Shown here: piece by piece, positions 10,009 to 20,046 of the stretch
How positions within the stretch are numbered: position 1 is the first letter of the stretch
How the letters are laid out: each line of letters begins with the position of its first letter
Virus record (IMG/VR): IMGVR_UViG_3300044638_009648
Length of the DNA: 64,000 nt
Source: a virus
Taxonomy: Duplodnaviria; Heunggongvirae; Uroviricota; Caudoviricetes
Reading direction: 5' to 3' (one strand)
Position numbers and translations under genes: made by a program
Notes under the pieces: generated by a model
The model's input: only the letters and a program-made list of their open reading frames with translations
Database searches by the model: none
Told to the model about the DNA's origin: nothing

Positions 10009-12381
10009 ATGGACTTATTCAATCAACCCCCCCTTTTCGACTTAATTACTATGGAAGAAGATATCAAAAATATAGAGCTCGATAACCCCTACCTGCAGGT
10101 GGTTTGGGAGGATTTTGCTGAGAATTTTACTCAAGAGCGCATCAAGAGTGTCAAGCAATATTTCGGTAAGAAGTATTCAACTACCAATGTCAACATCATC
10201 ACCAAGACAAAGCAAACGCAAGAGATAAATCACACGGTGGATGTGTCCATGAATATTATGGACAAAAACTACCAGAGAGAACTTATGCGAGGATTTTTGG
10301 TGTCCAAAGACAACGGGGATTATTTCGATGAGATTATCAAGATAGACGATGTGGTTGACAATAAGTTGGCTCAGGGAGATTTTGATGTAAATCCGTTTCA
10401 AAAGTGGTATATCAAAAAAATCCACTTCTCAAATTTCCTTTCTTATGGTGAGAACCAGACCTTGGATTTTGAGAAGTGCAATGGAATTACGGTTGTCGAA
10501 TCTGACCCCCCTAACTTTGGGGGCAAGACCGTTTTGACCGTTGACCTATTGTTGTTCTTGTTTTTCAACACAACTACCAAGACGCAAAAAGCTGAAGAGA
10601 TTTTCAACAGGTTTAGAAATGATGATAAGGTATCGGTCCGAGGTGAAGTTGTTATCGATGGTGATGACTATGTAATTTCAAGAACCATTGAACGTAAGAT
10701 GTCCAAGAAGGGGGAATGGAATGTCAAGACCGATTTGGACTTTGTTAAAAAGCTAGCTGATGGAAGTTACCAGAATTTTGTTGGCGAGCAGCGACGAGAA
10801 ACCGAGAAGTTTATCAAGAACTCCATTGGTGAGATGGATGACTTTTTGATGACCATTCTAACAACATCCAGCAACCTGGAAGAACTCATTGACGCAAAAC
10901 CTACAGCTCGTGGTCAGGTATTATCAAGATTTATGGGATTGGAGTTTCTAAAGCGAAAGGAAGAAGCTGCCAAAGAGGTGGTATCGGAATTTACCAAAGG
11001 GATGCTAAGCAATGTGTACAACACCGAAACCCTCAAACAGGATATTGAAGATAATCAAGCTCTTATTAAGGTAACTCAAGAAGATACCGAAAAGACAACT
11101 GGGGAGCTTAAAGATGTTGATGATAGATTAGCAACTGGTCAGGAGTTTAAGGATGGATTGCTAAATGCAAAACATACCGAAATTGACCAGGAGCTGGTGA
11201 AACTAAATCCCTTGAACCTAAAATCCGATATCACAAACCTTGAGGGTGAAAAAGAACGCATCGAGGGTCAGATTAAAGGGATGGTTGTTAAAGAACCATC
11301 ATCCTATTACCATGAAGACCATCACGATAAAATCCGCCGGGAAATAAGTGATAAAAACATTGAGAAATCCACCATTCAGATAAAGCTCGAAGGCATTGAG
11401 TCTTTGGTGAAATCATTAGAGGGGGGGGTTAAGTGTGAACACTGCGGTATTGAGCTAATCAATGCTGAGTTAAACAAAGCTAAGATTGCCCAGAAGGATG
11501 AGCTTCTGGCAAGTCTGGAAAAAGTTTCTGTAGAACTTGTGGCTTTGGAAGAGAAGGAAAAATCATTCACCCAACTCAAAAAAGATTTCGAGGAGTACGA
11601 AAAAAACAAGCTTATCAAGGAAAAATTGGAGGTAGGTTTAGAAGCTCAAGTTTTGAAAATTGAACGAGCAAAAGATAACTTGAAACGATATGAGCAATCT
11701 CAAGAAAAGATTAAATCCAACCAGGAGATTGATGCGAAGTTGATTAAAGCTCAAATGCGTATTGACGAGCTTATCAACAAAAAGCGCGAGCTTGACCGCA
11801 AGATTACTCAAAATGGTAATGTTGTGAATAATGCAACTGATAAGATTGCTAAAAACCAAGACTTGATTGAAAAAATTAAATTGGAGTTTGAACGTGAGAA
11901 GTTGTTCAAGATTTACTTGGAGCTTTATGGCAAGAATGGTATCAGTAAGATTATCATGAAAACCATGATGCCAATTATCAACGAGGAACTCCAGCGTCTT
12001 TTGCAAGATTCCAGTTACTTCAACTTGGAGATTCGCATCAATGACAAGAATGAGGTTGAGTTTATTATGATTGATAATTCCACCGGTATTGAAAAACTGA
12101 TGTCTTCTGGTTCGGGTTATGAGCGTACCATCGCTAGTATGGCTTTGCGAGCTGTATTAAGCAAGATTTGTTCGCTTCCAAAGCCCAATTTAGTTATATG
12201 GGACGAAGTCTTTGGTAAGATATCAAATGACAACTTAGAGCTTGTTGGAGAATTTTTTAACAAAATTAAGGAGTACTTCGAAAAGATTTTTGTTATCACT
12301 CACAATCCTTTGGTATCAAACTGGGCAGATAACATTGTGAAAATCAAAAAAGAAGAAAATATTTCGAAAGTTTATCAGTGA
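10009..12381 (+). CDS. sbcC: SbcC/Rad50-family SMC-like ATPase
   Basis: Long central coiled coil with a CxxC zinc hook (KCEHCG). C-terminal signature-like SSGSGYERT, Walker B LVIWDEVFG and H-loop VITHNP are present. The N-terminal P-loop is degenerate (PPNFGGKT). Confidence 0.72.
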   Translation: MDLFNQPPLFDLITMEEDIKNIELDNPYLQVVWEDFAENFTQERIKSVKQYFGKKYSTTNVNIITKTKQTQEINHTVDVSMNIMDKNYQRELMRGFLVSKDNGDYFDEIIKIDDVVDNKLAQGDFDVNPFQKWYIKKIHFSNFLSYGENQTLDFEKCNGITVVESDPPNFGGKTVLTVDLLLFLFFNTTTKTQKAEEIFNRFRNDDKVSVRGEVVIDGDDYVISRTIERKMSKKGEWNVKTDLDFVKKLADGSYQNFVGEQRRETEKFIKNSIGEMDDFLMTILTTSSNLEELIDAKPTARGQVLSRFMGLEFLKRKEEAAKEVVSEFTKGMLSNVYNTETLKQDIEDNQALIKVTQEDTEKTTGELKDVDDRLATGQEFKDGLLNAKHTEIDQELVKLNPLNLKSDITNLEGEKERIEGQIKGMVVKEPSSYYHEDHHDKIRREISDKNIEKSTIQIKLEGIESLVKSLEGGVKCEHCGIELINAELNKAKIAQKDELLASLEKVSVELVALEEKEKSFTQLKKDFEEYEKNKLIKEKLEVGLEAQVLKIERAKDNLKRYEQSQEKIKSNQEIDAKLIKAQMRIDELINKKRELDRKITQNGNVVNNATDKIAKNQDLIEKIKLEFEREKLFKIYLELYGKNGISKIIMKTMMPIINEELQRLLQDSSYFNLEIRINDKNEVEFIMIDNSTGIEKLMSSGSGYERTIASMALRAVLSKICSLPKPNLVIWDEVFGKISNDNLELVGEFFNKIKEYFEKIFVITHNPLVSNWADNIVKIKKEENISKVYQ

Positions 12382-12408
12382 TGGTAGATTTATATCATAT
12401 TAGGATTG

Positions 12409-12423
12409 TATATTTGCAGAATG
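12409..12423 (+). promoter_or_regulatory. TATATTTG-N4-ATG: Bacteroidetes -7-type promoter element abutting the start codon
   Basis: Motif at 12409-12416, ATG at 12421. Confidence 0.45.
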
Positions 12424-12972
12424 GAAAACGATAACAACATGAAAGATTTTATTGCAATTATTTTCGGTGACTTTAACACCTCAAGAAAGGTTTATGATGC
12501 TATGTTAACAATAACACCGGTTGTTGAATCTGAAAATTTGAAATTTCAGTACAATGATTTGTCAATTATTTGTCATTTCCAGAGTAAGGAATCCCAACAA
12601 GAAATTCAAGAATTTTTTACAGTGGCTTTGTTTGAATTATGTGGAATGTTTTTTATTTCTGAAACAAAAAATATGTCAATTTTCATGGACCAACAAATGA
12701 CACAACATTTGATGAATCTCGAAGCCAGTGAAAACGTAAACATGGCAATCGATATGGACAAAGTTCGAAATGGACAAGATATATTTTTGGAACAAGATTT
12801 GCTTAATATTCCAATTGTATTTGACCAAGAAGATGAAGAGGATGATATTAAATTATTACAGAAAAAGCCCATGGAACCTTCCCTGGACCAACTTTTGGAG
12901 AAAATTCATATTTACGGATACAAATCACTTTCAGCGCATGAGCTCAAAATTCTTAATACCTACAGCAATTAA
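12421..12972 (+). CDS. Acidic hypothetical protein upstream of the sigma factor
   Basis: Start placed at the ATG 4 nt after a TATATTTG motif (ORF track start 12406). Confidence 0.45.
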   Translation: MENDNNMKDFIAIIFGDFNTSRKVYDAMLTITPVVESENLKFQYNDLSIICHFQSKESQQEIQEFFTVALFELCGMFFISETKNMSIFMDQQMTQHLMNLEASENVNMAIDMDKVRNGQDIFLEQDLLNIPIVFDQEDEEDDIKLLQKKPMEPSLDQLLEKIHIYGYKSLSAHELKILNTYSN

Positions 12973-12975
12973 TCT

Positions 12976-13776
12976 ATGAAAGACAAAATTACATCAATTC
13001 CCTTCAATCAAGAAGAAATCGCAACTTATCTCAAAGATATTCGCAAAATAAAAGTTATGACTCCTGAGCGTGAGCGCGAATTAGCTCAACGAATTTTATC
13101 AGGAAATATCTCTCTCGTAGAAAAACGAGAAATCGAACGTGAATTGCTTATTGGTAATCTTAGATTTGTTATTACTGTTGCAAAACAGTACCAAAACCAA
13201 GGTTTGGAATTGGCCGATTTAATTGCAGAAGGTAATTTAGGTTTACTTAAAGCTGTTGAAAAGTTTGATTGGTCGCAACAATTGCGATTTATTTCTTATG
13301 CGGTATGGTGGATTCGTCAAGCTATATTGCAATCGTTGAACGAAAATTCTAGAACAATTCGACTTCCGGTCAATGTTGTTCAAGAATTGCAAAAAGCAAA
13401 AAAACTCGTTGAAAATAACGGTCAAGACCTGCCCGATAAATTTGCGACTTTACCATATACAATAAATTATGATTCTCCATTAAATGAAGAAGGAGATACT
13501 TTGTTGGATGTATTAAAAAACCCAGATGCGGCAATGCCTGACTCTATTTTTGATACTAAAGAAATGTTGAAAGATAAGCTTTTAAACGTAATGAATATTT
13601 TAGATAATCGTGAACGAGTAATTATTGAGGATTACTTTGGTATTTCAGGTCAAACAAGAACTTTGGAGGACATCGGAAACGATTTTCAACTAACGAAAGA
13701 AAGGGTCCGTCAAATTAAAGAAAAAGCTTTACGAAAACTTCGTAATGAATCTGGACAATTGTTTGAATACCTTTAA
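12976..13776 (+). CDS. Sigma-70 family RNA polymerase sigma factor (regions 2-4)
   Basis: Region 2: DLIAEGNLGLLKAVEKFD and FISYAVWWIRQAI. Region 4: LEDIGNDFQLTKERVRQIKEKALRKLR. Confidence 0.85.
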   Translation: MKDKITSIPFNQEEIATYLKDIRKIKVMTPERERELAQRILSGNISLVEKREIERELLIGNLRFVITVAKQYQNQGLELADLIAEGNLGLLKAVEKFDWSQQLRFISYAVWWIRQAILQSLNENSRTIRLPVNVVQELQKAKKLVENNGQDLPDKFATLPYTINYDSPLNEEGDTLLDVLKNPDAAMPDSIFDTKEMLKDKLLNVMNILDNRERVIIEDYFGISGQTRTLEDIGNDFQLTKERVRQIKEKALRKLRNESGQLFEYL

Positions 13777-13827
13777 TTACTATTAATTACTATTTATTAG
13801 AATAAAACAAAAAAAAATAGTTTTATC

Positions 13828-14097
13828 ATGAAAGAATTTATAAAAAAGAATTTTACCATAATTGTTTTGATAATTGCGGTATTAAGCTTCTTCAAAAGCT
13901 GTGGGGACGCTAGAACTCTTGCTAACATCAATAAAAAAATGGAAACCTTGGTTACCAAAGAAGTTATGATGAAAGAGCTTAAAAAAGAAGGTTTGAAATC
14001 TGAAAAGAGAATGATTCAATCAACAGACAGGAAAATCCTAGACGTAAATAGACAAACACAAATTGATGAGGAATTAAAAAAATTAGAAAACGAATAA
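13828..14097 (+). CDS. Small membrane-anchored coiled-coil protein
   Basis: N-terminal transmembrane segment (FTIIVLIIAVLSFF) followed by a charged helical tail. Confidence 0.4.
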   Translation: MKEFIKKNFTIIVLIIAVLSFFKSCGDARTLANINKKMETLVTKEVMMKELKKEGLKSEKRMIQSTDRKILDVNRQTQIDEELKKLENE

Positions 14098-14098
14098 G

Positions 14099-14806
14099 AT
14101 GAATTGGTTTCAAAAAAATTTCAAAACAATCATTTATCTAGCATTTTTGATTCCAATATTAACGGTGGCATTTGTTTCTATTTCTCACGTTACTGCGTGG
14201 TATGGAATTACTAATCCATTCAGCTGGGCTATCTATCTTTCTATTGGTATTGAGATAGCTGCTTTGTCAGCATTGGCGGCAATTTCGGCAAATATGGGTA
14301 AAGTTGTATATGTCCCATTTGGAATTGTTACTTTTATTCAATTTTTGGGTAATATATTTTTTGCATATCAATTCATTCAAATTGATTCAAAAATTTTCTT
14401 GGATTGGGTGGAAATGGTTGACCCGGTTGTTAGTTATCTTGGTGTAGAATCTGGAAATCTAATTTCACATAAAAGATTTTTAGCTTTATTTGCTGGAGGT
14501 ATGCTTCCTTTGATTTCTTTATCTTTCTTACACATGCTTGTTAGATTTGAAGATGAGGAAAAGAAAAAAACACCAAATATTATAGATAATTTGGATTTAG
14601 ACGAATTATCAAAAAAAGCTGGAAAACAGGAAGCTCAAAATTTTGAGGAAAAATATACACCAACTTTGGAAGACTTAGAAAAACTACAGTCGGTTCTGGA
14701 TAAAATGCAATCAAAAACACCAGAAATTCCAGAAAATGAGATTTTATCCGAAGAAACTGAAGACAATCCAACAAAGATAAATCGGTTAACATATACTAAA
14801 GTTTGA
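14099..14806 (+). CDS. Integral membrane protein (holin/spanin neighbourhood possible)
   Basis: Several transmembrane segments; located directly upstream of the amidase. Confidence 0.45.
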   Translation: MNWFQKNFKTIIYLAFLIPILTVAFVSISHVTAWYGITNPFSWAIYLSIGIEIAALSALAAISANMGKVVYVPFGIVTFIQFLGNIFFAYQFIQIDSKIFLDWVEMVDPVVSYLGVESGNLISHKRFLALFAGGMLPLISLSFLHMLVRFEDEEKKKTPNIIDNLDLDELSKKAGKQEAQNFEEKYTPTLEDLEKLQSVLDKMQSKTPEIPENEILSEETEDNPTKINRLTYTKV

Positions 14807-15423
14807 TGGACGACATTATTTTTTATGGTAAATTTAAAACAGCTGGTAAGAACAAGAAAAAAAATCAAATAGTTCTTTGTCACAGTTCGAGAGAGGTTGG
14901 AGAATATCTAACCTCTTTGCGCTTAAGATACCTCGGAAAATATGAAAAAATTCCCCATTTTATTATAACCAGAGAAGGGAAGGTTTTACAATTGCTATCG
15001 TTAAATTCCAACACCAAATTTCTTGGTGATAGTAGGCTACAAAAGGAAAGTATTGTTGTTTGTTTGGAAAATTTGGGTTGGCTTACCAAAAAGCCGCTAA
15101 GTGCTACCTATTTGAATTGGATTGGTAATATTTATAAACAAGAGGTTTATGAAAAAAGGTGGAGAGATTACGGATTATGGCAACCATATACTGACGTTCA
15201 AATACAGAAAACATCTGAATTATGTCAGTGGTTGTGTGATGAGTTATCAATCCCCCGGAAGTTTGTAGGACACAATACTAAAATTGAAGGTATTGAGTTA
15301 TTCAGTGGAGTATGTTCACGTAGTAACTTTGACCAAAGGTTTACAGATTTAAGTCCTGCGTTCAATTTTAATAACTTCAAAAAAATATTTGAATATGAAG
15401 AATTTGATGAACGAAAGATATGA
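14803..15423 (+). CDS. N-acetylmuramoyl-L-alanine amidase, T7-lysozyme/PGRP (amidase_2) type (putative endolysin)
   Basis: VLCHSS ... HFIITREGKV ... SIVVCLEN parallels T7 lysozyme IFVHCSAT ... YHFIIKRDGTV ... SIGVCLVG. Confidence 0.55.
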   Translation: MMDDIIFYGKFKTAGKNKKKNQIVLCHSSREVGEYLTSLRLRYLGKYEKIPHFIITREGKVLQLLSLNSNTKFLGDSRLQKESIVVCLENLGWLTKKPLSATYLNWIGNIYKQEVYEKRWRDYGLWQPYTDVQIQKTSELCQWLCDELSIPRKFVGHNTKIEGIELFSGVCSRSNFDQRFTDLSPAFNFNNFKKIFEYEEFDERKI

Positions 15424-16009
15424 TGAAATAAAAAGCTTAGTTAAGAAAGCTAGGCTTTTAAATGAAGCCCTAAATGCTGAAAAATTAGGGCAATTGGATG
15501 TCGCAACTGATATCGAAGATAAAATCCAAGATGATGTTGCTACAACAAACACATCAACACTGGGAACTGGCGGTGAGTCCCAGTTAACTACTTTAAACGC
15601 TAAGGAAGCAAAAGAAGAATTTGAAACGAAATACAGAATTTCCGGAAACATATTTGCCATCCATGGACCGACCAAAGCCTCTACAGATATAACAACAGAT
15701 GATAAAAATGCTTTTCAAGACACCATAGAAGAGTTCAATAATGAAGTTTCCGATTTTGCTGAATTCAATCAATTGAACGTTTACTCGAACACAGTTGAAT
15801 GGTCTGGAAAATTGATTGATAAAGATTTCGAGTTTCTTTTCACAATTGGAGAAAGTTCTGGTGTCTATATTGACGGCATTTTGATAAAATTGGACGAGGA
15901 AACAAAAACTACAATTGATAAGTTGTATGATTATTACGCTAAATTCAAAGCCAGATGGGCAAAAGTTTTAGCTACACGAAAACAAGTTGGTTATGAAGAA
16001 GAACTTTGA
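15389..16009 (+). CDS. Hypothetical acidic protein
   Basis: ORF only; the start is uncertain because it overlaps the amidase 3' end. Confidence 0.4.
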   Translation: MNMKNLMNERYDEIKSLVKKARLLNEALNAEKLGQLDVATDIEDKIQDDVATTNTSTLGTGGESQLTTLNAKEAKEEFETKYRISGNIFAIHGPTKASTDITTDDKNAFQDTIEEFNNEVSDFAEFNQLNVYSNTVEWSGKLIDKDFEFLFTIGESSGVYIDGILIKLDEETKTTIDKLYDYYAKFKARWAKVLATRKQVGYEEEL

Positions 16010-16379
16010 AAATATTTTAATTTTTTTAAGTAAAAATTTTAACAAAATTGGTATAACACTTTTAATTTTATTCGGTTTATATTGGATAATTTTTATACTC
16101 ACACCTTCGATAAAAATGTCGAGTGTTGCTGTAGAAGAAATAAAAAAATTGGACGAAGAAATTGGAACCATCAAATTGGAACAAAACATTCTTTATACGG
16201 AAATTCAACAATACGAAGAAAAAATTGAAGGTCTTGATGAAAACATTACAAAAATAAACACAACACAAAATAAAATCGCAGGTCAATATGGCGAAAAAAT
16301 TAATGCTGCTAGGAGTTATGATTATCAGCAGCTTGTCTCTTTTCTCTCAGAACGTTACTCCGACCCAGGAGTTCATTAA
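15987..16379 (+). CDS. Hypothetical membrane/coiled-coil protein
   Basis: TM segment ITLLILFGLYWIIFIL followed by a coiled coil. Confidence 0.3.
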   Translation: MVMKKNFENILIFLSKNFNKIGITLLILFGLYWIIFILTPSIKMSSVAVEEIKKLDEEIGTIKLEQNILYTEIQQYEEKIEGLDENITKINTTQNKIAGQYGEKINAARSYDYQQLVSFLSERYSDPGVH

Positions 16380-16704
16380 AATTCCAGTTCCAACTGTACG
16401 AAAAATTGTTGTAGACCTTGTTAAAGGTGATTCAGCAATTGCTCAACTTGAACAATCTAATCTCATGGTGACTGAACTTGAGAAAAAAACAACTTTACAA
16501 GATAATTTGATTACAAATTATAAGCAGATTGACGCTAACAATAAAATTATAATTACCAATTTAGAACGCAAAGTTGATGTTGTTGAAAAGGAATTTAAAA
16601 CTGTGGCAAAAGAACTGAAAAGACAAAAAGTAAAATCTAAAATTACAAATCTTGCAGGTTCAGCTGTCATTTTGACCTTAACGTTTTTTTTAATCACCAA
16701 ATAA
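16288..16704 (+). CDS. Secreted or membrane-anchored coiled-coil protein
   Basis: Signal-peptide-like MAKKLMLLGVMIISSLSLFSQ and a C-terminal TM segment. Confidence 0.4.
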   Translation: MAKKLMLLGVMIISSLSLFSQNVTPTQEFIKIPVPTVRKIVVDLVKGDSAIAQLEQSNLMVTELEKKTTLQDNLITNYKQIDANNKIIITNLERKVDVVEKEFKTVAKELKRQKVKSKITNLAGSAVILTLTFFLITK

Positions 16705-16949
16705 TGGCACTTAATAACTCAGACATGAAAGAAATTGAAGTTTTAATTCGTAAAGAAATTAAAACTTTTTTCGATAATCAAACCGTAAAACAGTTTGAGG
16801 ATAAATTTATGGAAAAAATTGCTAAGGAAATAAAAAGAGGTAAGTTAGAAGGTGAAGTAAAAGAACTTGTAATTAAAATGTTTCGAGAATTCTACCAATT
16901 CATGTGGATGAATAGGAGCTACTGGGAACCAAAACTAAAAAATGCATAA
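16704..16949 (+). CDS. Small hypothetical protein
   Basis: 81-aa ORF packed between neighbours. Confidence 0.3.
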   Translation: MALNNSDMKEIEVLIRKEIKTFFDNQTVKQFEDKFMEKIAKEIKRGKLEGEVKELVIKMFREFYQFMWMNRSYWEPKLKNA

Positions 16950-17728
16950 TGAGAAATATTAAAGATGTATTTAAAAAAGCGATAGATGACGCTTATACGA
17001 AACAAACAAATATAAAGCTTAACTCCAATATTGTTGGGGATGCTTTAAAATACCAACAAGATATGAAAGAGGATAAGAAAAAAATTGAATCTCAGGAAGC
17101 TACAGGAGCTTCGTCTGCTGGTCAGTATTCGGCACCATTATTTACAAAAGAAGAAACTAAAGAAAGTGAAAAACTCAAAGGTGGCTTAGCGGATACCTCT
17201 TCCTTATATGACATCGCTGCAAAACATGTTGAGGATAAAACTGTGAAAAAACAAAGCCCGGAAAGAATATCAAAAATGTTGTCCCATCTGACGCAACAAT
17301 TAATCAAGGGCATTAAAGTTGAAATGGAACATACCGACGATGTTAAAGTCGCTAAGGAAATTGCAATGGACCACTTGGCAGAGGACCCAAATTATTATAC
17401 AAAACTTAAAAGAATTGAGGAGGGTAAAGTTGAAGCTACAGAAGCTACAACAACAGCTTCTACCGGAGCTTATTCCACACCAGCATTTATTGCAAAGGGA
17501 AGTAAAAATTGGAGAGGTGGTAAGAAACCTATTTACAAGGGGGGTAAATTTGTTCAAATTAAAAAAAAGTGTTTGACTTTTCCATATTGTAATCAAGGAG
17601 CTGGTGCTGTAGATTACCCAAAAAAATTAAAGGAAAGTCAAGCATTTAGGAATGCAAGTCAAAGACTCGGGTTGTCTGAAGAAGTTGTTTTGAATATTTT
17701 GAATAAAATAAGTAACAATAAAAAGTAA
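16949..17728 (+). CDS. Hypothetical protein
   Basis: 259-aa ORF with no recognisable motif. Confidence 0.45.
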   Translation: MRNIKDVFKKAIDDAYTKQTNIKLNSNIVGDALKYQQDMKEDKKKIESQEATGASSAGQYSAPLFTKEETKESEKLKGGLADTSSLYDIAAKHVEDKTVKKQSPERISKMLSHLTQQLIKGIKVEMEHTDDVKVAKEIAMDHLAEDPNYYTKLKRIEEGKVEATEATTTASTGAYSTPAFIAKGSKNWRGGKKPIYKGGKFVQIKKKCLTFPYCNQGAGAVDYPKKLKESQAFRNASQRLGLSEEVVLNILNKISNNKK

Positions 17729-17775
17729 GCTGCTCTATTTCATAAAAAAAGATATTTATTAAGAAAACCATACTA

Positions 17776-19110
17776 ATGGAAAATTTTGAAAAGAAAATTA
17801 ACAAGATTGTTGAAAAAGCTTTAAAAGAAGCTATAGATGAAAGAGGCAACAACGTTGCTACTGAATTATTAAGAAAAGCTTTGATTGAAAGTGCTGAAAT
17901 AGGCGAAAAGCTAAAAGGAAATCAAGATAAGTTGGATGTCGCAGCCCCCAAAGGGAAGTTGACCTCCGCCGATTTCAAAAAACTGCGTGATATGAAAGAG
18001 GTAACTTTTGGTGATGATGAAGATGATGAGGTCGAACCTTACGGAGATTTCAAAACTGAAAAACCAAAAGTTCATGATATGAAGGAAAATAAATATGGCG
18101 AAAACAAAGCTGCTAAATTTATTGAATATTTGAAAAATTATCCTAAAGATACTGAAGAAAGAGATACTTTTGATAGAAAACCAAGTAAAGTTATTGGGGT
18201 TTATTCTGATATAGATAAACAAAGAATGGAAGAAGATGAAACCATGGAAGGTAATGCTTTTACCGGTGCCCTTGCAAAAGCTAAGGAAGAAGGTAAAGAT
18301 TCATTTGATTTCGAAGGTAAAAAATATTCTGTTAAAGAATCTAAAACTACAAAAGGTTCTAAAGCCGCTAAAGTAGATAAGAAAATTTTAAGAATGTCTG
18401 AATCTGAGGTTGTAGATATGATTGAAAAAATCGTGATGGAAGAAAAATCTAATATGCAAAAAAAGAGTTCTGCTGTTGAACCTGATTTCAATAAAGTTTC
18501 ATCTAAGAATAAAGAATTTGGTAGCGAACATCTTAAAGATGTGATGAAGAAAATGAAAGACTATCTAAAAACTGGCTCGGAAGGGGAATATGAAATGAAC
18601 CCTGAAAATTTTCCAGTGGGAAATGGTGAAATGAAAGAAATGCCCAAAAAAGCTTACACACCATCTGATGCTGTTGATGAGTATATTGATGCATTTGCTT
18701 ATCCAGGTCAAACAAATTTAGTTTATGATGAAATTAAACCAAATGATGAGTGGATTGAAGCAAACTTAGTGGGTTCATCAAAAACTGGTAATGCTCAGGT
18801 TGATGAAGACGGCAATGCTTTAGGTAATGTTGTTCCATCTAAGACTGGAGAAAAATTCTATAAGAATTACAAAGACAATCTTTATGGTGCGGAGCAAATG
18901 AATGCTTCATATAAGCGTTATCCACAACCTGTTGACCAAGCTGGTGAAGATACTGAAGATGGTGCTTTAGCGTTAAAAAAAGGTGCTGCAAAAGCGCAAA
19001 AAGTGTTGAACCAATTAGAATCCACAAAAAAGGTTAAAACCGAAAAAGTTTTGAGTGAAGAATTTGAAAGAATGAAAAAAATTATTTCTTACAATTCAAA
19101 GACTCAATAA
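17776..19110 (+). CDS. Highly charged hypothetical protein (scaffold or internal-protein-like composition)
   Basis: 444 aa, very K/E/D rich. Confidence 0.45.
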   Translation: MENFEKKINKIVEKALKEAIDERGNNVATELLRKALIESAEIGEKLKGNQDKLDVAAPKGKLTSADFKKLRDMKEVTFGDDEDDEVEPYGDFKTEKPKVHDMKENKYGENKAAKFIEYLKNYPKDTEERDTFDRKPSKVIGVYSDIDKQRMEEDETMEGNAFTGALAKAKEEGKDSFDFEGKKYSVKESKTTKGSKAAKVDKKILRMSESEVVDMIEKIVMEEKSNMQKKSSAVEPDFNKVSSKNKEFGSEHLKDVMKKMKDYLKTGSEGEYEMNPENFPVGNGEMKEMPKKAYTPSDAVDEYIDAFAYPGQTNLVYDEIKPNDEWIEANLVGSSKTGNAQVDEDGNALGNVVPSKTGEKFYKNYKDNLYGAEQMNASYKRYPQPVDQAGEDTEDGALALKKGAAKAQKVLNQLESTKKVKTEKVLSEEFERMKKIISYNSKTQ

Positions 19111-19155
19111 CCTGGAAAAAAAATAAAAAGTAATTATAATTCTCCATAGGAAACT

Positions 19156-19626
19156 ATGGAGAATTTTTTTAACTGGATGTCTAAACCTATCCCGAGCCAC
19201 GAAGTAGAAGTATGGTTTCAAATCCATAACATTTTCCCTGAAAAGGTTGAATTATATGGCGATATATTTCAATCGCTGTCAATTGTAATTAGAGAAACCT
19301 ACTTAGGGGATTCTGTTAGTGAGACTAGAATAGTTTTAACTACTGAAGACATTACTAATCATTTTGACTGGTGCTGGAAAAAAACACTCAAGGATTTTGA
19401 ATTGGAAAATTTATCTATAGACGCTGAGGGAAATCATAAAGATTATTTTAAAAATTTTTTTAATGACAGTTTCTATCGTCAAAATTCTGGTGATGTAAGA
19501 AATTCTATACCAAAATTTATAAATGAGCTTTTTGATTTGAATAAACCATTTGCAAAATCGGATTTAGACATTTTAACTGAAATTTATAAACTATTAGATA
19601 AACACGTAAGTTATTCTAACTCTTGA
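19156..19626 (+). CDS. Hypothetical protein
   Basis: 156-aa ORF. Confidence 0.4.
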   Translation: MENFFNWMSKPIPSHEVEVWFQIHNIFPEKVELYGDIFQSLSIVIRETYLGDSVSETRIVLTTEDITNHFDWCWKKTLKDFELENLSIDAEGNHKDYFKNFFNDSFYRQNSGDVRNSIPKFINELFDLNKPFAKSDLDILTEIYKLLDKHVSYSNS

Positions 19627-19694
19627 CCCATATAATATGCTTGATTATATTCTAGTATATTGTTTATAAACATAAAATTAATTAAAAGAAAAAA

Positions 19695-19868
19695 ATGGAA
19701 ACATTAGAGCAAATTAAAGCCCTTACTGAATCCTTGACAGTTGACGCTGAAAAGTTTTATAAAGGCAACAAAAGTGCTGGAACAAGAGCACGTAAATCAG
19801 CTCAAGAATTGAAAGCTTTGCTTCAACAATTCCGTCTCGAAATTCTTGAGGAAGGTAAGAAAAAGTAA
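19695..19868 (+). CDS. Histone H1-like small DNA-binding protein (Bacteroidetes type)
   Basis: 57 aa (below the ORF-track cutoff): METLEQIKALTESLTVDAEKFYKGNKSAGTRARKSAQELKALLQQFRLEILEEGKKK. It matches the short 'histone H1' family of Bacteroidetes (xxxDAEKFYxKxNxAAGTRxRKxxQExKxL). Confidence 0.55.
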   Translation: METLEQIKALTESLTVDAEKFYKGNKSAGTRARKSAQELKALLQQFRLEILEEGKKK

Positions 19869-20046
19869 AAATGTTACAAATAGAGGCTTTATTCCTTTTT
19901 ATATTCATTTTTACTACTCAAATAATATTGAAAAATATTATTAAAATAACGGGTACCCTACTCGGAAAAGAATTTTTTTTTTCTGGTAGGGACCTTTTAT
20001 TTCTTTATCTTTGCTTAAGCTATTTTATAACTTATTTATATTACAT

